Counted from the first letter of the stretch, positions 24,440 through 38,285 are shown. The stretch: 64,000 nucleotides of DNA from Octopus bimaculoides (GCF_001194135.2 NC_068983.1:142004186-142068185), one strand, 5' to 3'. The notes: generated by a model not told the origin, from the sequence alone. Made by a program: numbers and translations.

Positions 24440-25200
24440 TACATATACACATAAGATATACAAACAAGTGCTTATATACATACATGCAAATACACACATT
24501 TATACAAGCATGTTAGATACCTACACAAATAAAAATGTATATAACACACATCTCAGATTTATTCCCAATATTATTGTCAACTACTTTTCCACCTTCCTAA
24601 ATCTCACCAAGATACATCTCAAATTTATTCCTATCATTTGCAATCCAGCCACCCCTACTGTTTCCTGAACTTCTTGCCCTCTTCAAACAACACTTATCAA
24701 AATTCCACTACTTTGAAAAATACCATCCCAATTCCTCCTCCCATGAACAACAATATTAACCAACCGTCACACCCCTGTTCTGCTATCCAACGATTTAATT
24801 CTGTAATAACCATCCTTTTTCACTAATTTAACCTTTAACTACTTATATATTACCTAAACCACTTTTCTCCTCCTCCTACCACTCTCCAGCTTTACTCCTA
24901 TCAATGGTCTCATTATGATCGTGAAATAAATTTCCTCCATCCTTCTGCTACTCTCTATCTAAACACCTCCAGCTAGCTACCTAATAGATGTAGCTCTCTA
25001 TAAACTCATTCAATCTTTAACCTCCATCATGCCATCATTGCAAATTAAAAATGTTTTGATACAAAATTTTTACCCTGAAGAAGGAGGCAGTGTCATCCAA
25101 TAAGGGACCCTAATATCATATATCAGGACTACCAAGCCCCCTGAAACAGATGTAGGACTTCTGAAAACTCTACCTATTTTATTTGGATTATCATTTTTTT
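24440..25200 (+). mobile_element. Decayed Penelope-like element 3' end/pseudo-LTR with a hammerhead-like motif
   Basis: C/T/A-skewed segment ending in CC-CTGAAGA-AGGAGGC...GCCCCCT-GAAAC-AGAT-GTA-GG (25073-25156). No intact ORF. Confidence 0.45.
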
Positions 25201-25338
25201 TTTTTTGTAAGTTGGACTATGTATTCTTAATATCCACACTCTTTTACAGTTTTCTCTTCAATTAAATGTAACTTTATGTGTAAATAGATGTACCTAGCTT
25301 GTTTGTCATTGTTTTACTTGTATATATATATATATATG

Positions 25339-25380
<42 letters not shown>

Positions 25381-25589
25381 TATTCATATTCATGTGTTTG
25401 TCCCCCCCCCCATAGCTTGATAACTGATGTTGGTGTGTTTACGTCCCCGTAATTTAGCAGTTTGGCAAAAGAGACTGATAGAATAAGTACTAGGTTTACA
25501 AAGAATGAGTCCTGGAGTCAATTTCGTCGACTAAAAGGTGATGCTCTAGCATGGCCACAGTCAATCGACTGAAACAAATAAAAGAAAAT

Positions 25590-25642
<53 letters not shown>

Positions 25643-28272
25643 CTCTGGAAGAAAGGTCTGTACTCATGGCTTTCACAGGTTCTTCTAGACTGGTGAAATC
25701 AGATGAGAGACAGAGAAAATATAGTAAGGCCTTGAGAAGCACTAATCCTCCGAGGATGATAATAATAAAAGTAAAGATTTTTTTAATTAATCAGTGAATT
25801 ATGGGTGTCTTGTTAGAAATTTGTCTGTCTTTGTACTCTATGCACCAACACCACCACTGTATGTGATCATTAAAAATAACGGAGTTAATTATATCTTTAG
25901 CTTGTGTAAAAGAGAGTTGTCAAGAGAATTAAGTGCTATTGGCAGGGTTGCTATTAAAAATACTTGGCACAAGTATTGTTATTCTTAAAACACTTATGCA
26001 TACACACACAAATCTGCTTGACTGTCTCACTGAATTAGTAAATACCAATCTGTGAATGAAAAGTTAATCTGAGACAGATCAGTGTCCTATCCACTAGGAA
26101 TTTTTGTCTCATTTACTTGACTATGGAAGCTTGAAAAAAATTACTGAAACACTTGGGAAAAAGTTATTGAAACTCTTATGTAATATTGAGTTTTTTTTTG
26201 TTTTTTTTTTCGTTTTTTTTTTTCAAATTTATTTTAATGAGAGGGGACCATGAAAAATATCCATAATGGGGTTGTTCATCATCATCATCTTGTTATTGTT
26301 CCTCTTTAAAAAGGATAAGACACAAATTATGATGATTTTAAAATGTAACTTTTGAACCTCTTCTGGGAAAACTGTTGAAATACCAGGGTGACACCTTGTA
26401 AGGAATAGGTATGCTTTATGTTTGTGTGTGGTGAGCTTGTTCATCTTAGTTAAAAATCACCTCAACGTTGTCTCAATGAAAACACCAGTTGGTGGTAGTA
26501 AACTTTACACTATACATGTGATGCAGTTGACACGTACATTGTATCAGTTATTTTTGAAACGATAAGATTTCATAACTAATTACACCAAGGTTCAAATAGC
26601 TCAGGGGAAAATTGCAGGATTGTGAGGTGTATGGGGAGAAAGCAGATCATGAAATGAATGCATAAGGAATAAGTAGTGGATTCTTTGAGAATTCTAAATG
26701 CACAAGTACATCATTTCCAGCAGTAACAGATAAATTTCTCTTATCACTCATTCATTTGCAAACAAGTGCTAAGTGCTGGTCTTTAAGAACACTCTAAGAC
26801 TGCAAGAGACATTCACAATTCATTGCTTAAGACATGACACTATTTTGTATTAACTGCACTCAAGTAGGTATGCTTTACTATTGTTATGGTTGGTTTCTTA
26901 TATAGTTCATTGGCTGTTAGATTGAAATTTGTATTTTCATTCAGTTGGATAAATCATTGAGCATACTTATTCTTTATTTAGTGTTCTATATTGTCCTTGT
27001 TACTATCGCTAATTATGATCTCTATGAAAAACAAGCATGTGTGGGTGAGGTTGAATGGGGTAGGAGCAAAAGCATTGATAAGTGAGTATATATGTGCATG
27101 AACATACTGGTGTGTATGTATTGAAAATGTGTGTACAAATGGGAGAAAGAGTACTTAATTATAACAAGAAAACTTTTGCAGACATAATGTATTTAATGTA
27201 TAAGGAAATCAGCCTTAGTTTCATAAAGTTTTAAAGATTATGTGAAATTTAAACAATATCTCAGCTGTGTTATTGAAAATATACACATATGGAATGTATC
27301 AATTTTGTGCTCGAAATAAATGTTATTTCTATTTAACCACAAGTCAAACTTTATTGATCAACCTATGATTAAAGGCATTTCAATCATGATCAACCCATTC
27401 TTTTTCTAGACATTTGTCTATCTAGGACTACATTCGTCAAATGTGTTCTTTTTTTTTATGATGGAAGGAGTGATTTGATTTGAGAGAGAATTGGATGCTA
27501 TTTCTAGTAGATTGAGCTATCTCATATAGAGGTTTTGTCACTGTTTTGTGCTATCATTTTAATTTCTACTACTTTTGATGGTGTTGCTTGAGATTAAACT
27601 TATTTTATATTTAGGCAGTAAAATGACAGAATCATTAGTGATAGGAAAAATGCTTTGCTGTATTTGTTCAGGCTCTGTACATTCTGAATTCAAATCTTCC
27701 TGAAGCCAACTTTGCCTTTCATCTTTTCAGTGTTGATAAAAAAGAGTACCAGTCAAGTACTGGGGTTGAAGACATTGTCTCATCTCCTCTTCTGGGAGCT
27801 TTGTGCATAAATTAGAAATCATTATCAGCCAACTTTAACATGGGAAGAATATTCTTGAGTGGTTTACTGTTAGCTACTCCAGGTTTATGGAAAGACTTGA
27901 ACACAGCACTTTATACCAATGAAATTGTTAGTGAACTGTCACTATTTATCCATCATGTTTTTACAATTACAACTATGTGGTTTGAATCTCTGAGAATTGT
28001 GTCATCATGAACTCAGTGTTGACAAATGATCTACAAATCATTGACTCATGTGGTCAATGACTTGTTTCAGGAGTTCAATTCCTGCCAAGGTTGACTTCAC
28101 CTTTCATCCTTTCAATGTTGATAAAGTAGCCATAGAGTATAACAGAGGTCTGTATAATCAGACTGATGTATGTCACCTGCACATAGTGGACTGGCAAGGT
28201 GGCCAGTTACCAAACAACATACATCTATGAAGACCTATATTTGAAAGGATGTGCAACATAAATGCCTGTAGG

Positions 28273-28590
28273 TGTCATCATCATCATCATCATCGTCATT
28301 TAGCGTCCATTATCCATGCTGGCATGGGTTGGATGATTTGGCTGAGCTAGCACGCTGGAAGACTGCACCAGGATCCAGTCTGATTTGGCATGATTTTCTA
28401 CGGCTGGATGTCCTTCCTAATGCCAACCACTCTGAGAGTGTAATGGGTGCTTTTGTGTGACACTGGTATCTGCCACAACTGCAATTTTGCTCGTCTTGAT
28501 GGGTCTCCTTCTCAAGCATGACATAATGCCAAAGGTCTTGGTCATTGCCTCCATGAGGCCCAACACTCAAAAGGAGCTCAGCCACTTTAC
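28273..28590 (-). mobile_element. RTE LINE 3' end (family A variant)
   Basis: (CAT)n tail and family A terminal ~190 bp, then a different upstream segment. Confidence 0.75.
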
Positions 28591-29088
28591 CTTTATGAGG
28601 CCCAAAAGATTATGCATGTAAAAAGAAAAGCAGTAATGCTTTTCCTTACAAAATTTATATCTTAGAATTCATTATATCCTCATTTTTAAAGACAGTAGCA
28701 AGTAGTGATGGATATTTTACTGATGAAGCAACTGGTTACATGCAACTTTAGTTATTTCTGCTTCAAAAGATTTATAGAATGAGAAAGAAGAGAGAGAGCA
28801 GGTTTATCAAGAAGTTATTCAGTATTTTCTACTTGAGGGCCAACCTATCTTTATCGTGTGGCATGCTCTCATCTTAGCTGTAGCATTTAAAATGTCATTC
28901 CCATATTAAGGATGGTAGGGATCTTGTTTCACATGTATAAGTACTCATCTGTTTGCATCTCTCAGTGCACAACTGATTGATACTATGTGTGTGTGTGTGT
29001 GCAAAGCATTAGGAGCATTTTCTCTACCATCCTTAATATGAAGTCATTTTTATTGTTTTTCTGCACCCCTTGGTGTTACATGCATGCA

Positions 29089-29091
<3 letters not shown>

Positions 29092-29143
<52 letters not shown>
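29092..29143. repeat. (CT)n microsatellite
   Basis: Read directly. Confidence 0.97.
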
Positions 29144-29147
<4 letters not shown>

Positions 29148-29393
29148 ATGTGTGCACAAACATAAATCTTACAAAAACATCTGTTCCTACATGCTGTGCT
29201 TTTTGAGCAAGTTTACCTCTTCACTTCACTTCATTTCTTTTTGAAGCTATTGAAAACTGATATTCCAGAAAAAAAACTAAATAAATTTAGAACTTAGATT
29301 ACATACCCCATGATATTTGCTACTATTAAATTTAAAAGTCTTTCTTTTTCTAATAGTTTTTTTTTCTTCCTCTCCAAGATTTACATCAATAGT

Positions 29394-29759
29394 TGTTGTT
29401 GGCACTCCGTCACCTACGACGTCGAGGGTTCCAGTTGATCCGATCAACGGAACAGCCTGCTCGTGAAATTAACGTGCAAGTGGCTGAGCACTCCACAGAC
29501 AAGTGTACCCTTAACGTAGTTCTCGGGGATATTCAGCGTGACACAGTGTGACAAGGCTGACCCTTTGAATTACAGGCACAACAGAAACAGGAAGTAAGAG
29601 TGAGAGAAAGTTGTGTTGGAAGAGTACAGTAGGGTTCGCCACCATCCCCTGCCGGAGCCTCGTGGAGCTTTAGGTGTTTTCGCTCAATAAACAATCACAA
29701 CGCCCGGTCTGGGAATCGAAACCGCGATCCTATGACCGCGAATCCGCTGCCCTAACCAC
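29394..29759 (-). mobile_element. tRNA-derived SINE (family D1), missing ~20 nt of the head
   Basis: Close match to 10671-11038. 11 bp TSD ACATCAATAGT at 29383-29393 and 29760-29770. Confidence 0.9.
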
Positions 29760-30736
29760 ACATCAATAGTAGAACAATACATATATCACATAAACTTATT
29801 CGATTATCACAACCATCTAAAGTGCTTATTTGGATGTTTTGCAGCAGTATCTCCCTCCCTATCAACCCCCTTTTTTTATTCACACAAATCCCACATATAA
29901 AATATATGCACATATATATATTTGTACATGTTTTCATATTAATTTCGTTCTTTAACTTGTGCCCACTTTACCTTCCCCTCCTGCACTACCTGTCGTCAAT
30001 AATCCTGTCTCACTGTCACATTCTTATTTCTTTCCTCTCATACATCCTGTTACTTTGTGTCCTGAGTACCATGAACTTTTGCCACACCTCCCTATCCTGT
30101 CCTATCGCATATCTCGAAATACTGACTATTTCTATCATTAATTCCACTCATTAATTCCACTCATACATCCTTCTCATTATTGTCATCCATGCTATGCTGT
30201 GAAGAGGTGGACAAGTGAACAGAGGCATGGGATGTAAAATCCCATTAATTACAATGAGGACGTGACCACATGTCTAGCGCTGATATGAAAAAAAAAAAAA
30301 AAAAAACACTCAGTACACTTTTTAAAACGGTTGATGTTAAGAAGAACCCAAACGAAGCTGAAACACGAGCAAGTTGATTGAGGACCCGTCAAGGTGAGCT
30401 GACCCGTTCAATTCATGCCAACATGCACAGTAGACATACAGACTCATATATTCATAACGAAGAAAAAAAATCTGCTGATAGTAACAAATGTACTCCGTAC
30501 ACGACGTATGCAGAATGGAAGTTTTTTTTTTTTCTTTTTGATAAAATCATCTGGATGAGTTTGGTGCGCCACTATTTATAATAGAAAGTTAATGGCAAAA
30601 TTAGTTCAAAAATCGTCTTCCTCAATCCTCAAACGACTATGCACGAGTTATATTTATGTTTAATTTTTTGACAAATTATATACATATATATTTACATAAC
30701 GATGTGTATATGTTTGTATGTGTATACACACACGTA

Positions 30737-30948
30737 CACGAGAGAGTGCTGAAAAGTTTCTGGCTTTGGGTAAAAAAAAAAGAAAAATACAGGAGGATCA
30801 GTTAATTATGATTATATTCAACATATTACTCTTATTGCAGCGGTCCTTCAGCTTTTCTGAGCCTTGTAAAAGAACTCTGAAGGTTGAGCCTCCAACCAGG
30901 CCTTTCGCGACACCCTAAACGCCAGGAATCTTTCACCCCCACCTCCAT
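30737..30948. mobile_element. Mariner-type MITE (~210 bp)
   Basis: TA-flanked, imperfect TIRs CACGAGAGAGTGCTGAAAAGTTTCTGGCTTT / AACGCCAGGAATCTTTCACCCCCACCTC. Confidence 0.65.
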
Positions 30949-32490
30949 TATGTGTATGTATATCATTATTCAGCTTTGTTTCAAGATTTGCCAATAGAGA
31001 AAGAGCCAGTTTCTAACCTAGATCCAAAGCTCCTCCATTGGAATTTCAACATCAACAACAGGGTATGTATGTATGTATGTATGTATGTATACATACGTGC
31101 AGATTTGTATGTTTTGTTTTATAAAGGAACTTCTATAGATACTAGTTGTTAAAGGCGTCGAAGTGTCTCAATGTGTTAACTGTATGACTTATGTTGTAAC
31201 AAACCCCCGAAGCCTTTAACATCTACTGTATGCAGTACAACCTTCTATCCTCAACAGTCATTGCCTGCTTGGAAGGACAGAGATGATTCAAAGACTAACT
31301 GAAGACTGCTTTGAAGGAAAGAGTAGCGTCAATCCTTTTAATGAAAAGCACCAGTGTTAGCCATTCATTCTAACGCTCTTACTATTGGAGTGGGGATTTA
31401 AAATATGGAAGAGAAACGCGCTCAGCATTACCAGGACAAGCGAGAGAAGAGATATACACAGAGATAAATAACTAGCTTTTCCAGCTTCGTATGTTTCTAG
31501 TGCACTAAGAACTGTATATCAAGTGTTTTGGAAGGTACAGTCATCAGAGGGTCACCGAATTCGATGGACAGCCACAATCAAGAAATATATATATATATAT
31601 ATATATATANNNNNNNNNNNNNNNNNNNNNNNNNNNNNNNNNNNNNNNNNNNNNNNNNNNNNNNNNNNNNNNNNNNNNNNNNNNNNNNNNNNNNNNNNNN
31701 NNNNNNNNNNNNNNNNNNNNNNNNNNNNNNNNNNNNNNNNNNNNNNNNNNNNNNNNNNNNNNNNNNNNNNNNNNNNNNNNNNNNNNNNNNNNNNNNNNNN
31801 NNNNNNNNNNNNNNNNNNNNNNNNNNNNNNNNNNNNNNNNNNNNNNNNNNNNNNNNNNNNNNNNNNNNNNNNNNNNNNNNNNNNNNNNNNNNNNNNNNNN
31901 NNNNNNNNNNNNNNNNNNNNNNNNNNNNNNNNNNNNNNNNNNNNNNNNNNNNNNNNNNNNNNNNNNNNNNNNNNNNNNNNNNNNNNNNNNNNNNNNNNNN
32001 NNNNNNNNNNNNNNNNNNNNNNNNNNNNNNNNNNNNNNNNNNNNNNNNNNNNNNNNNNNNNNNNNNNNNNNNNNNNNNNNNNNNNNNNNNNNNNNNNNNN
32101 NNNNNNNNNNNNNNNNNNNNNNNNNNNNNNNNNNNNNNNNNNNNNNNNNNNNNNNNNNNNNNNNNNNNNNNNNNNNNNNNNNNNNNNNNNNNNNNNNNNN
32201 NNNNNNNNNNNNNNNTATATATAACGAGTGTTTATGAAGTTTCGAATGGAAAGAGGTTGCTGTTTCACAGGCATGTATTTTATTCAAGCGTACACCGGTT
32301 TAGCTCCATATCGATTAATATACTTGGAATTCATTAATTTGTGTTAGTATTAGTGTTGACACTCATGAAGTTCTGTTAGTAGTTACAGATATTTTCGTCT
32401 ATTCGATATAGAACAGAAATTTGATAATATAATATAAGGAAAATGGAGAGTTTGAACACAGAAAAAAAAATCAATTTATTTATACAATAG

Positions 32491-32524
<34 letters not shown>

Positions 32525-34487
32525 TTTGGGCTCACAATCGTTATGTTAAGGGTTCGATTCTGTGACCAGGCAACACGTTGTCCTTGGGCAAGGCACTTAC
32601 TTTCACGGTACTTCAGTCTACTCAGCTAAAATGAGTACCAGTGACAGGTGGGACTTATCCTACGAAGAACTGGCATCCCAATCTAGTGGAGAGTCTTATA
32701 CTCGCTATTGTAAGTGTGTTTAAGCTTCCTCTTGTCTAGATTTTGCTTTATAGTTTTAAATACAAATATCTGGTATATTAGACTTATCTCTACTAGCGTG
32801 ACTGTAACTCTCTTTAAAAATAGACACCATATTATACAAAATAATATTCTTTTCTACTCTAGGCACAAGGCCTGAAATTTTGCAGGGAGGGGACCAGACG
32901 ATTAGATCGATTTCAGTACACAACTGGTACTTAATTTATCGACCCCGGCGGAATTTGAACGTAAAGGTAGACGAAATACTGCTGAGCATTTCGCCCGGCG
33001 TGCTAACAGTTCTGCCAGCTCGCCGTCTTTACACAAAATAATATTAACTCATCTATGCAATGGTAAAATGGCTAAGGCGGTAGGGTTAAAGTAATCAAGC
33101 ATACCCTTCTCTCTTAACGAGCAGCTTTATGCCTAAATTAGATATATTGAACGTTGCATATTAAAGAAACGAAGCGGCATTATTTAATTACATCCGTTTT
33201 CATTTTGAGTTGAGATCCTATTTAGATCGATATTGAATTTCCTCTGTCATCGATTTAGTATTATGTACCGAAAGTTGATTCATAGTTAGGAATCATATTA
33301 CTACATAGTTGTAGTCAAATTGTTCTAGTTTCAATCTTATGCGCAGAACCTTGGGGACAGTTTCTGTTTTTACGCTTAGTTAATGGAAACTGTGTGGAAT
33401 GTGTTGGTTGGACTGAATCTGTAATTCAAATAGCCGATCCTGTTACACACTATTAAGCTGCTTCCACTGAAAGATTGCGTTATGTATGTATCTGTGGAAT
33501 ACTCAACCACAGATAGTAATACAGTATGTAAGTAGTTTCAATGATTTGAGCACCTAGAACGCTCCCCCATTCATCGAAACTACCGCAACATCTATTCCTT
33601 TTAGCCAGATTGTATTGGACATCTTTCGTAATTTTGTAACTTGATCTCTATTATCATTGTTCGTAAGTTTTGTTTACACATATTTCAATCCTAAATATTG
33701 ATAACTTATTTATTTTACTAGTTTCTTAACAATAATAATTTCGTGAGTCTTCTCCCCTACATAAAAAAAAAAATCATGGGAAGATAACTCTTTTGTTGCT
33801 ATTCCTGAATAGAAAATTAAATCACATTCAAAATGTTTTACCTGTATACATAGTTACCAACGTTATTGTATTCTTCTTAGACGAATAAAATGTACCGCGT
33901 TTCACTTTTCTCTTCCTTCGAAGAGTAATCAATAAATATTAATATCGATAAAAGAAAAAATAGTACGGTCTTAATGCTGTTTTCCTAATACGATTAAAAT
34001 TCCCACTTTTTGCACGTGTGTATTGTCATTGTTGCTACAACAAAACCCCTTAACTAAGATACCGCTCATTTTTAATATTCGTTTTTTTTTCTTTTAATTT
34101 TTTTTGTATGTCACAAATTTTCTTTTCTTCATTCCCGATAACTTTTCTTATCTCGTGGAGAAATGAAATACTGAAATTTAAAATGAATTCGATGCAATCT
34201 GCAGATTGTTTGTGGTAGTCATTATATTTCAGTAAAGTATAACATTGGTTTTATCTCTCTTTTAATTGTTGTCATGCAAATATTCTGCCTTCTATGTCTG
34301 TTATCTGGAGTCTGAGAGAAGATGAGCTAATTGCACTTGATGCGTTGATAGAAATTGATCTATTGGGTCTCTGGTTAACTCGTGTTTGGCGTCGAGGTAA
34401 TCTGTTTTTCACTATTGTTGTAGTCTTCGTAAGGTACGACAATCGGATTAAGCTTATACAGCAACAGCCAATCTGCACACTTCTTTA

Positions 34488-34546
34488 ATGGCCCACAACT
34501 CTAAAACATGACGGCACAGACAATTGGAAAGGTTATGAGGTAGTCG
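34488..34546 (+). other. Phtf: Probable 3' part of a non-coding first exon of the PHTF homolog (5' boundary/TSS unknown)
   Basis: Donor TCG|GTGAGT at 34546/34547, 204 nt upstream of the acceptor TTTTACAG at 34750. The region 33.9-34.55 kb is locally CpG-richer, with CCAAT at 34468-34472. Two short overlapping uORFs (34488-34511, 34508-34543). Confidence 0.45.
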
Positions 34547-34799
34547 GTGAGTATATGTATTTAGTGTGAGTGAGTGAGAGAGGGAGAGAGAGAGAGATAT
34601 CGTTATTTTTGTATATTTTTATATATTAAAAAGATATTTCATATAACTTTTGTTTTTAATGAACAAAATTACTTTTGAAACACAACTTCTAAATATTTCA
34701 CGAAGTTTTTTCAGAAAATGTTATTTTTAATTTTTATTATTATTTTACAGGGAAAGTAAAAATTACTGAAAATTTTGGAGAAAAAGAGGAATTTTCCCC

Positions 34800-34862
34800 A
34801 TGGTACCCAAACTGGGAGCCATGCTTAAGATCCATGATATAATAGCCTGTTATCAAAAAAGG
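34800..34862 (+). CDS. Phtf: PHTF homolog, coding exon 1 (MVPKLGAMLKIHDIIACYQKR); exon starts at 34751
   Basis: Acceptor at 34750, in-frame TGA at 34767 upstream of ATG 34800, second ATG at 34821, donor AGG|GTAAGA at 34862/34863. Resembles the PHTF N-terminus (AISWYQKK in human PHTF1, from memory). Confidence 0.85.
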
Positions 34863-35588
34863 GTAAGATTATGCTCTCTTTTCTTTTACCTGTTCTACAA
34901 GTAGTTTACCAAACTGCACTACGTTGTTGGTACCAATTTGGCTTTGAGATTTAACCCCTGATGAAAACTATGTAATAGCTAATCTTACACCTTATTACTA
35001 AACGGTCAGGTTGTAGAGTGGTGTTTGACTGCTAGATACTCACAATAACCCCAGTTTCATGATATAAGTCTACTGTTACAATTTACATGTGATAAATGTA
35101 TCCCATTATTTTGATTACCATATTTATTAAGTTTTGTAATGTGTTGATAGTAACTAGTAAGAAGTTTACAATGGTTTATTGGTACTGGTAACAGAACACC
35201 ATTTGGTTTGTTTAGCTACCAGTGTCATGCAAATTGGTACCCGTGCTGGTGGCACATAAAAGCACTCCGGTGTCACTCAAATGTCACCTATGCTGGTGGC
35301 ATGTAAAAGCACCCATTACACTCTTGGAGTGGTTAGCATTAGGAAGGGCATCCAGCTGCAGAAAACCATGCCAGCCCAGTTAAACTGTTCAACCCATGGG
35401 CAACAGATGTTAGATGATCTACATAATAATGCTCATTTTAATCAATTTAAAGAAATTTATTTAATTAATCATAAAGAAATACTATTAACACAAATATATT
35501 ACAAAATATCAATAAAGAAAAAATATTAATTCAACTTTAATCGACCATTTAACATCAAACAACCTCTCACAATCTATATATGAAGCTT

Positions 35589-35909
35589 TAAAAAAAACGA
35601 TAATCGTCGCCCTTTTAAAGCCTAGCCAGGCTCATGGGCCCGGTTTCCCAGTTTCTATGGTGTATGTGTTCCCTCCAGCTGGACAGGACGCCAGTCCATC
35701 GCAGCGTTACTCAAGAAACAGGAAGAAAGAATGAGAGAAAGTTGGGGCGAAAGAGTACAACAGGGGTTGCCACCACCCCCTGCCGGAGCCTTGTGGAACT
35801 TAGGTGTTTTTGCTCAATAAGCACTCACAACGCCCGGTTTGGGAATCGAAACAGCGATCCTCCAACCGCGAGTCCGCTGCCCTAACCACTGGGCCATTGC
35901 GCCTCCACC
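35589..35909 (-). mobile_element. tRNA-derived SINE (family D2: D1 head, different 3' half)
   Basis: 5' ~170 nt shared with D1. 12 bp TSD TATATGAAGCTT at 35577-35588 and 35910-35921. Confidence 0.88.
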
Positions 35910-36399
35910 TATATGAAGCTTATCCCCCAATATTTGAATTTTAAAAAAAACTACTGATGATGGTGAATTGACAATGATGATGTCTTAATATACTTTGTTG
36001 ACAAGTAGAAGTGTCATTGGAGTAGGTGCCATCTATTAGCAATCAGTTGAGTTATTTGGTTGATAATCCTCCTCTTCAACGATGCACGATGATAACTTAG
36101 CAGAAAAGACAGACTTTCACAGTGAGTTACTAGCTTCAATTTATTGACTATGCCACTAAGATAAACTGTTAAGTGGTTGTATGGATCACTGTTAACTGGG
36201 AAAAAAAATACAGGGGATGAGAAAACATGAATTTCATCATAATGAAGCAAAATCACACAGTTGGAGAAAGCTAATAAAATATGGATACACAGTCGATGAT
36301 AAATCGGCATACACAATCTCAAAGACAATAAAATGCTGAGCAAGGGCAAAGAGATAAGCAGAAAGGGGAAATATATTAGCAGATGTTTGTTGGATTTTC

Positions 36400-37060
36400 A
36401 TCTTTGTGCTACCATTTCATAAAGACCAGGATTGCACAGACATAATTTCATAAGTTATGAACTAGGACAAATAGGTAATAGGGATGATGAATCAATAATA
36501 TTCATTGTATTGTCAGACAAAGCTATTGAAAACAAGGTGAGCAGATGGTGACTATTATGACAGATGGACATGAAAATCCTGCTGTATGGTTGTTTTGGTT
36601 TCTTGTGTATATGACATAAAGCTCTCACTTTTACTAATTTCTAAACCAAAAGAATATTGCCAAGGAAAATATTACATCCAAAATTATGTCCATTATAAAA
36701 GGAGATTGGATGAAGGTGGTGTGAAAATGGGTGGTAAAATAGTAAACAGAGATGATTTGTTGAATAAACCAGCTTTACCAGAGTGGGCATGATTCTAAAC
36801 CCACAAAACACAAGCAACAAAGAAAAATAAAAGCTTACGCAATAAAAAACTGAACAAACAGTTATAAATTGCAAACACTTGATATTTCAGTAAGCAACCA
36901 ACTATTCAGTTGTTTTAGGCCAGAAGACTGGAACAAATGGATAACCTTTGGAAATTTATTAAACCCAACAGGATAACTGAAATGACTTTCTATTGTACAG
37001 TTATGTCACAAGGTGGCTGTGGATTTAGAAGTAATACTAAAGGCATTTAAAAAAATGTTG
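36400..37060 (+). mobile_element. Possible pogo/Tigger-like transposase relic
   Basis: DIKLSLLLISKPKEYCQGK...NYVHYK loosely resembles pogo KLPLLVIGKSKKPRCF...PVHY. Otherwise degraded. Confidence 0.3.
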
Positions 37061-38285
37061 AACCAGTAAACTAATGGATGGAAGAGAAGATGAAATTCTC
37101 TATGATAAAAATAATAATAATGAAATTGTATATAGTGCTCAGGTGCACTACAACTTATCAAAGGTGCCCATATGATAGCAATGACCCAGCAGTAACTAGC
37201 TGTATTATTGACCAGTGGTAATAATGGTATTGATTAATTGGTTAAAAGATATATTTAAAAGACAGTAAGACAAAGTCTTCAGCTGTCTTAAGTCTCAAGA
37301 GATTTATTTCCAGTTAAAGATTAATAGTCTTAAAGTAGAAAGGTGAGATATTTTTTTTATTTTGATGATGATGTTGATAACTCTTTTTCTGCATTACACA
37401 CACATACACACTCTGTCTTTGAATGTAATGGTGTTGTGGGTGTAACTGATTTTCACATTATGCAGTGCGCATGTAATGCAATAGTTGAGACTTTGCAATG
37501 TCTAGGAAACTGGTAATTGGAATTTGAACAAGCCTTATGGATAAATCATAGCAAACATGTTAGGTAGTGATGTAATTGATTTTGTTAATGCACGACTATT
37601 TTACTTTAGATTAAATAATTTTACAAAATAGTCTTTGATAATAATCGTCCAACCCATGCTAGCATGGAAAGCGGACGTTAAACGATGATGATGATGATGA
37701 TGACATCACCAAAAAAACTTTTTCATCAAAATATACCTTGCTATTTTATTGTGGTTTATGTGCTAGGAAATATAGTAAGTTCATCATCATCATCATCATC
37801 GTTTAGTGTCTGCCTTCCATGCTAGCATGGGTTGGAGTTTCTTATTTCTAAGGAAACGGACAAAAAAGTAAAAAAAACTTTTTTTAATACTCTTCAAATG
37901 TTTCTAACTGTTATGTTTACTGTTTATATAAATATCAGTAAGGTAGTGGAATATATTTGATAAATTTTTTCCCTTAATAAAATTTTGATTGTTAACCTCG
38001 TCTTAAGAATGAAAACTGACTACTTTTCAGTTGGTTTGATTTCTGATCATCATCAGAGCTGTATCATTTTCATGGATGTGTTCTTAGTACCAAACTGGAT
38101 TTGAATTTGAAACCTTTCCCCTTTCTCCAAAAAATAAAAGAATAAAAGAAAGAAAAATTAGCTTTGTGGAAACAAGTTTTATTATACCACATATTTCTGA
38201 TCAGCTTCTGAATTTTTATATATAGATACTTTTTATTTGTTATGGCAGATAGAAATTAGATGAATGGTCATTTAATAAAAGGTAA

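Noticed and set aside
31485-31552. Additional CTGATGA cores (minus 31541-31547; plus 28720 and 58986)
   Set aside because: Each lacks a cleavage triplet, a GAAA, or a stem flush with the core, so it is too degenerate to call.
34272-34488. Overlapping 68 aa (-) and 64 aa (+) ORFs at the Phtf promoter
   Set aside because: They have non-ATG or weak starts and no recognisable domain. Long ORFs are expected by chance in locally GC-richer sequence.
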